Of a stretch of 64,000 bases of DNA, positions 58,641 through 64,000 are shown piece by piece. The notes under the pieces were generated by a model that was not told where the DNA came from, made no database searches, and saw only the letters and a list, made by a program, of their open reading frames with translations. Each line of letters starts with the position of its first letter. Position 1 is the stretch's first letter. Source of the stretch: Thermodesulfobacteriota bacterium (GTDB taxonomy: Bacteria; Desulfobacterota; Binatia; Bin18). A program made the translations under genes and the position numbers. The stretch covers positions 4,672,001 through 4,736,000 of the forward strand of contig OZ219926.1 in NCBI GenBank assembly GCA_964291405.2, written 5' to 3'.

Positions 58641-59720
58641 ATGCAATTCAGTATTACTGCCCATACCAAAATCGATAACTGGGATCTCTTTCCCTATGTT
58701 GAGAATTTAGGCTTTGACGCGGCCTGGGTGCCGGACTCCCAGATGATCTGGTCGGACTGTTACGCCACCCTGGCGCTGGCCGCTCAGCACACCTCGCGCC
58801 TGCGTATTGGTACCGGGGTCGCTATTCCGGGGACGCGGATTGCCCCGGTGACCGCGCACTCCATTGCCTCGATTAACCGCCTCGCCCCTGGCCGGACCTT
58901 CCTTGGTGTGGGGACCGGTCATACGGCCATGCGGGTTATGGGCATGCAGCCGATGAAGGTCAGAGATTTCCGTGAATACCTGCGCGTGGTCCGCACGCTG
59001 CTGCGCGGGGGAGAGGTCGAGTATAGCCTGAATGGAACGACGCGGACGATCAAATTTCTGCATCAGGACCTGAAATTCATTGATCTGGAACAGCCGATTC
59101 CCATCTATGTTGCGGCCAATGGACCGCTGGCCCTCCGCACCGCGGGAGAATTTGGCGACGGACTGGTGTCCCTGTTTAACGAACAGAGTGAGGTCTTGCA
59201 GGCGAACGTCAGCCGGGTACAGGCCGGGGCCGAGCGAGCCGGGCGCACCTTACCCGAGAATTTTCATACGACAGCCCTGACCACGGCTGTCGTATTGAAA
59301 CCGGGAGAAGACTTAACCTCGGACCGGGTGATCGAAGCGTGTGGCTCCTGGGTCACCTGCGCCCTGCATTTTGTGTATGAAATTTACGAACAAACCGGGG
59401 ATGAGAGTACGGTGCCCGAAGCGTTCCAGGATGTCTGGGAAGAGTATCGTGATCAGGTCGAGAACATGGAAACGCCCCAGGCCAAACGTTACCTTCAGAT
59501 TCATGATGGACACTGCACCTACCATGTCCCCGAGGAGCGCAAATTCATCACGCCGAAAACGATCAAGGGATCGTGCATGGTCGGTGAACCCGCTGAACTG
59601 ATCGGGGCCATCCGCCAGGCCGAGCAGGCCGGGCTCGGAGAGATTTCTCTTTTGCCGCCGCTCAAAACAAGCCGTGAAGTCTACAAGGATTTTGCCGAAC
59701 AGGTGATCGCGAAATATTAG
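58641..59720 (+). CDS. LLM-class flavin/F420-dependent oxidoreductase
   Basis: E.LGFD.AW.PDS, TSRLRIGTGV, APGRTFLGVGTG, PIYVAANGP..L..AGE..DG. Confidence 0.9.
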   Translation: MQFSITAHTKIDNWDLFPYVENLGFDAAWVPDSQMIWSDCYATLALAAQHTSRLRIGTGVAIPGTRIAPVTAHSIASINRLAPGRTFLGVGTGHTAMRVMGMQPMKVRDFREYLRVVRTLLRGGEVEYSLNGTTRTIKFLHQDLKFIDLEQPIPIYVAANGPLALRTAGEFGDGLVSLFNEQSEVLQANVSRVQAGAERAGRTLPENFHTTALTTAVVLKPGEDLTSDRVIEACGSWVTCALHFVYEIYEQTGDESTVPEAFQDVWEEYRDQVENMETPQAKRYLQIHDGHCTYHVPEERKFITPKTIKGSCMVGEPAELIGAIRQAEQAGLGEISLLPPLKTSREVYKDFAEQVIAKY

Positions 59721-59762
59721 GCCGGCTGTGCTATCAAAGAGAGAAAAAGTGAAGGAGCGAAC

Positions 59763-60041
59763 ATGAGTGCGGAATTGATCGGCATCCTGAGTGTGGGTGT
59801 AGCGCTGGCAGCGCTCCTGCTGACAAGTATGAAAAGCGTGCGCGAAGAGTTGCGGAGCGTAGAACAACGCTTGACGGACCGCATACAGCGTATTGAGGGA
59901 CGGATGGACACTTTGGAGAGACGTTTAGAAACCTTTGAACAACGACTGGACACGCTGGAGCAGCGCATGGCGCGCCTGGAAGGAGTCCTGGATGGTCTGC
60001 GTGAAGCCCTGTTCGGACGGACGCGTGAGGCGACTGGGTGA
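59763..60041 (+). CDS. Small TM + coiled-coil protein with heptad repeats
   Basis: SD AAGGAG; N-terminal TM; RMDTLER/RLETFEQ/RLDTLEQ/RMARLEG heptads. Confidence 0.75.
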   Translation: MSAELIGILSVGVALAALLLTSMKSVREELRSVEQRLTDRIQRIEGRMDTLERRLETFEQRLDTLEQRMARLEGVLDGLREALFGRTREATG

Positions 60042-61027
60042 GTGTATTCTCTCCTGTCGTGCTGTTCCTCCTGTCTGTCTTTTCCTCCCAACTGGTGTGG
60101 GCACAAGCCAAGGGTGTGCTGGAGAATCCGGGGCCAGGATCGTATCAGAGCGGTGTCGGGGTGATTTCCGGTTGGGTCTGCGAAGCCGGGAAGATTGAGA
60201 TTATATTCGACGGTAATGCGGCGGATAGATGGCGAGTGGGATATGGCACCCGGCGGACGGATACGCAAAAAGAATGTGGCGATAGCAACAATGGTTTTGG
60301 ACTCTTGTTCAACTGGAATCTGCTCGGTGAGGGAGAGCATACGGTTGTGGCTGAGGTAGATGGTGTAGAGTTTGGTCGGGCTACCGTGACCGTCACCACT
60401 GTGGGGGAAGGGGAGGAGGAAGAGTTTTTACGCGATGTCAGCGGAACGTTTACTCTGCCCGGCTTCCCCGAAGCAGAGACCGCGGTGAAGGTGCAGTGGC
60501 AAGAGGCTCAACAGAATTTCGTCATTGTTGCCCGTGAACTGCGGGATGATGAGGACAGAACCATACCCCTTATCTGCGAGGAAGAGATCGTTATCGAAGA
60601 GGCAAGGATCATCGATGCCGACACGCTCACACTCTGCGAGGAGCGCATACGATTGGTTGGTATCGACGCGCCAGAAACCTGGCCAGAGCAGCAACTCTGC
60701 CTCAACGCGGATGGCATGTGCTACCCGTGTGGCCAAGATGCAACGGATGCGCTCAAGGAGAAGATTGGGGCCGACAACAGGGTCTCCTGCTACCTCGAAC
60801 CCGAATTGGACAGGTACGGTCGGGCACTCGGTGTCTGCTTTAGCAGCGACGGCACGGACCTGAACGGCTGGCTGGTCGCAAACGGACATGCTGTAGCCTA
60901 TTTCTCCAACTCCTATATGCCTCACGAAGAGGTAGCGAGTGTAGAACAGAAGGGTGTCCACGCTGGAGAATTTATTGATCCGAGCGAGTGGCGACGTGGG
61001 GCAAGGCTTGAGGAGTGTGAAGGATAA
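60038..61027 (+). CDS. Exported protein: VLENP module fused to a thermonuclease (SNase) domain
   Basis: Signal peptide; VLENPGPGSYQSGVGVISGWVC...QQNFVI; IDADTL, IRLVGIDAPE, DRYGRALG, LV..G.A.AY, P.EWRRG. Confidence 0.85.
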   Translation: MSVFSPVVLFLLSVFSSQLVWAQAKGVLENPGPGSYQSGVGVISGWVCEAGKIEIIFDGNAADRWRVGYGTRRTDTQKECGDSNNGFGLLFNWNLLGEGEHTVVAEVDGVEFGRATVTVTTVGEGEEEEFLRDVSGTFTLPGFPEAETAVKVQWQEAQQNFVIVARELRDDEDRTIPLICEEEIVIEEARIIDADTLTLCEERIRLVGIDAPETWPEQQLCLNADGMCYPCGQDATDALKEKIGADNRVSCYLEPELDRYGRALGVCFSSDGTDLNGWLVANGHAVAYFSNSYMPHEEVASVEQKGVHAGEFIDPSEWRRGARLEECEG

Positions 61028-61091
61028 AACGCTTCACTCTGCCGCGTGACTTGCATTCAGTCGGTGAGCGAAGCGCAAGCTGTTTCTGCCA

Positions 61092-61176
61092 TGCCGGAGG
61101 CGGGGCTCGAACCCGCACGGGGCAAAGCCCCATGGGATTTTAAGTCCCATGTGTCTACCAGTTCCACCACTCCGGC
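61092..61176 (-). tRNA. tRNA-Leu (TAA)
   Basis: GCCGGAGTGGTGGAACTGGTAGAC...TGGGACTTAAAATCCCA, long variable arm, GGTTCGAGCCC; CCA not encoded. Confidence 0.96.
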
Positions 61177-61280
61177 ATGCGGGCAGATTGTAGGCGAAGG
61201 GCTACCATCCCGCAACACTGTGGAGACGGAACCTCCCCCTGGGAGCGCGGGCATCTTGCCCGCAGCCTTCCTCCGCCGGT

Positions 61281-61308
61281 GTAGGGGCAATTCATGAATT
61301 GCCCCTAC
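61281..61308. repeat. Perfect REP-like palindrome GTAGGGGCAATTCATGAATTGCCCCTAC
   Basis: 28-bp inverted repeat with GTAG/CTAC ends downstream of fusA. Confidence 0.7.
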
Positions 61309-61327
61309 GGAGCACGTGCCGCATAAC

Positions 61328-63400
61328 TTACCCGACTTCCAGCTCCTTGGTTCGACCCAGCGCCTCATCTATGACGCTGGCAGGAACTTTATCGTAGTGA
61401 TCGAACTCCATGGTGTAGGTCGCCCGTCCCTGGGTGAGTGATCGAATGGCTGTGGCATAGCCGAACATTGTCGCCAGCGGGACGTGGGCGGTCACCGTGC
61501 GCTGGCCTCCGGCACGCTCGCCAAGCTCGGTCACCTTGCCGCGGCGTGACTGGAGGTCTCCCATGGCCGTTCCCATATAGTCTTCGGGCACGACCACTTC
61601 GACTTCCATCATGGGTTCCAATAAGACGGGCCTGGCTTTATTCACCGCGGCTTTGAATCCCATGGAGCCCGCCATGTGGAAGGCCAGCTCTGACGAGTCT
61701 ACTTCGTGATAGTTGCCGTCATACAAGGTGACGGTCGTGTTGAGGAGAGGGTAGCCGTAGATGACGCCGTTCTCTGCGGCTTCACGAATGCCTTTTTCGA
61801 CTGAGTTGATATACTCGCGGGGAATGGCGCCGCCTTTAATGGCGTTGACAAAGACCAGGCCTTCGTTGTCATTGGGTTCGATCTTGAGGAAGACATGCCC
61901 AAACTGACCCCGGCCGCCCGTCTGGCGCACATAGCGTCCTTCGGCTTCTGCGCCTCGGGTAATGGTTTCGCGATAGGAGACCTGCGGTGCGCCCGTGTTG
62001 ACTTCGACCTTAAATTCGCGCACCAGCCGGTCCAAAATCACTTCGAGGTGCAGCTCGCCCATGCCGGACAGAATAGTCTGGCCGGTCTCGGCGTTGGTTT
62101 GAATGACCAGGGTGGGGTCCTCCGAGGATAAACGCTGGAGGGCGAGCCCCAGCTTTTCGGAATCGATCTTGGTTTTGGGCTCAATCGCGACCGAGATAAC
62201 CGGCTCCTTGAAGGAAATCGATTCGAGCAAAACGGGATGCTGCTTGACCGCGATGGTGTCGCCGGTCGTGAAGTTCTTTAAGCCCACGACCGCGATGATG
62301 TCTCCAGCCGCGGCACTCTCCAGGTCTTCTTTCTTATTGGCGTGCATGCGGACCAGACGGCCAATGCGCTCGCTCCGTTCGGTGCGTGGGTTAAAAATCG
62401 AAGTCCCGGTCTTTACGTTGCCACTGTACAGCCGGACAAAAGTCAGTTGTCCGGAGTAGGGATCGTGCATGGTTTTGAAAGCCAAGCCGGCCAGGATGTC
62501 ATCCGTGACCTGCCAGGTGCGTTCTTTCCCGGCGAGGGTTTGGCCCGCCACAGGTCGTACCGGCGGCGGGAGATAGTTGACCACGGCATCCAAGAGCGGC
62601 TGGATACCCTTGTTGCGCAGCGCGGTGCCGCACAGGACTGGAAAGACGTCGAGCGACTGCGTCTTGAGGCGGACCGCGGCGGTGACTTCTTCCGGCGTGA
62701 GGGTTTCACCGCCCAGATATTTCTCCAATAAGGTGTCGTCGGCATCGGCCACGCTTTCAACCAGCAATTCGGAGAATTTCGCCGCCTCCGCTTGGAGCTC
62801 TGGCGGAATTTCCTCTTCGTGAAACCGCGCTCCAAGCGTATCTTCCTCCCAGACGAGGGCCTTGTGCTGAATCAGATCGACCACGCCCGTCATGGCATCT
62901 TCTGCGCCGATCGGCAGTTGGAGAATCAGCGGGCGCGCGCCCAACCGATTCTTGATCTGATCGACCACACCATGAAAGTCCGCACCGACGCGGTCCAGTT
63001 TGTTGATAAAGACAATGCGAGGCACGCCGTATTTGTCCGCTTGCCGCCACACGGTCTCCGACTGTGGTTCGACTCCGCCAACCCCGCAGAAGACGACAAT
63101 GGCACCGTCCAACACGCGTAGGCTGCGCTCCACCTCGGTGGTAAAATCCACATGGCCGGGCGTATCAATGATATTGATCTGATGATCACCCCAGTCACAG
63201 GTAATGGCCGCCGCCGTAATCGTGATACCCCGCTCTCGTTCCTGGGGCATCCAGTCGGTGACCGCCGTCCCTTCGTGCACTTCACCGATTTTGTGCGAGA
63301 GACCTGTATAGTACAGGACGCGTTCGCTCACGGTGGTCTTGCCGCTATCAACGTGGGCAACGATGCCGATGTTTCGAGTTTTTTCCAATGTGGTGGACAT
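61328..63400 (-). CDS. fusA: Elongation factor G
   Basis: [62 protein letters not shown]. Confidence 0.96.
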   Translation of the reverse strand: MSTTLEKTRNIGIVAHVDSGKTTVSERVLYYTGLSHKIGEVHEGTAVTDWMPQERERGITITAAAITCDWGDHQINIIDTPGHVDFTTEVERSLRVLDGAIVVFCGVGGVEPQSETVWRQADKYGVPRIVFINKLDRVGADFHGVVDQIKNRLGARPLILQLPIGAEDAMTGVVDLIQHKALVWEEDTLGARFHEEEIPPELQAEAAKFSELLVESVADADDTLLEKYLGGETLTPEEVTAAVRLKTQSLDVFPVLCGTALRNKGIQPLLDAVVNYLPPPVRPVAGQTLAGKERTWQVTDDILAGLAFKTMHDPYSGQLTFVRLYSGNVKTGTSIFNPRTERSERIGRLVRMHANKKEDLESAAAGDIIAVVGLKNFTTGDTIAVKQHPVLLESISFKEPVISVAIEPKTKIDSEKLGLALQRLSSEDPTLVIQTNAETGQTILSGMGELHLEVILDRLVREFKVEVNTGAPQVSYRETITRGAEAEGRYVRQTGGRGQFGHVFLKIEPNDNEGLVFVNAIKGGAIPREYINSVEKGIREAAENGVIYGYPLLNTTVTLYDGNYHEVDSSELAFHMAGSMGFKAAVNKARPVLLEPMMEVEVVVPEDYMGTAMGDLQSRRGKVTELGERAGGQRTVTAHVPLATMFGYATAIRSLTQGRATYTMEFDHYDKVPASVIDEALGRTKELEVG

Positions 63401-63655
63401 ATGCTTCTCCCGACTCGGTGCACTGCCCCGAGAAGTCCGCGCGATTCAACACAAAAATGTAACGTTCGGTTAGAGGGAAGGACTGGCGTGTGAGCACGAC
63501 CTGTGTTGGTGAAAAACCATAACGAACACTACGAATAACTGAGTGTTTTCATTACCATACACAAAACACTGGGGCATGCCAAGCCAAAAGACCGGCCTGG
63601 AGTGGCACCTAGGTGACAAAATAGCGAGAAACAAAGACGGCTCTACGCGGTGACT

Positions 63656-64000
63656 CTAGGCTCGATATTTTTTCAGGAGGTTACGGGCGATCACCAGTTT
63701 CTGAATTTCGCTCGTGCCTTCTCCAATAATCATGAGGGGTGCGTCCCGGTAAAAACGTTCGACCGGAAACTCCTGGGTGTAGCCATACCCGCCCAGCACA
63801 CGCATCGCTTCCAGGGCGACTTCTTCACACGCTTCGGACGCAAACAGCTTGGCCATCCCGGCTTCCAGGTCGCATCGCTCCCCGTTGTCTTTCTTCTCGG
63901 CCGCCTGCCGAACCAGTAGGCGGGAGGCCTCGATCTTGGTGGCCATATCGGCCAGTTTGAGCTGAATGGCCTGGTGTTCACAGATGGGCTTGCCGAAGGT
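63656..64000 (-). CDS. Acyl-CoA dehydrogenase, C-terminal part (5' end outside the window)
   Basis: FGKPICEHQAIQLKLADMA, AGMAKLFASE, LGGYGY..EFPVERFYRD....IGEGTSEIQ. Confidence 0.93.
   Translation of the reverse strand, partial: TFGKPICEHQAIQLKLADMATKIEASRLLVRQAAEKKDNGERCDLEAGMAKLFASEACEEVALEAMRVLGGYGYTQEFPVERFYRDAPLMIIGEGTSEIQKLVIARNLLKKYRA

Overview
A GC-rich bacterial chromosomal window. By inference only, the gene repertoire (CaiB CoA-transferases, LLM oxidoreductases, FGE-domain surface proteins, a sterol reductase) resembles deltaproteobacteria-like, possibly host-associated lineages such as Binatia. Core genes are holA, mtnA, nagZ, panBC, smpB, tmRNA, tRNA-Leu(TAA) and a stand-alone fusA. 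Accessory content: (i) a divergent SdhA/SdhB/CCG operon whose flavoprotein has lost key dicarboxylate-binding arginines; (ii) two selenoprotein genes that the ORF track splits at UGA, a UxxC AhpC/TSA protein and a UGSC protein in an amidase/UGSC/sodium-symporter operon, each with a SECIS-like hairpin; (iii) a candidate ~260-nt structured RNA with a perfect TATAAT, a strong SD, a 14-codon ORF and a U-tailed terminator; (iv) a decayed, apparently rearranged integrase island at the tmRNA; (v) a six-gene vWA/FHA/pseudokinase-PP2C/kinase signalling operon; (vi) a giant surface protein with two FGE/CLec domains whose C-termini differ in the pattern of DGR variable regions, interrupted by one in-frame TAG and carrying a repeated VLENP module that is also fused to a thermonuclease; (vii) several TA modules and IS630/IS1595 remnants. 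No CRISPR array, rRNA or reverse transcriptase was seen.
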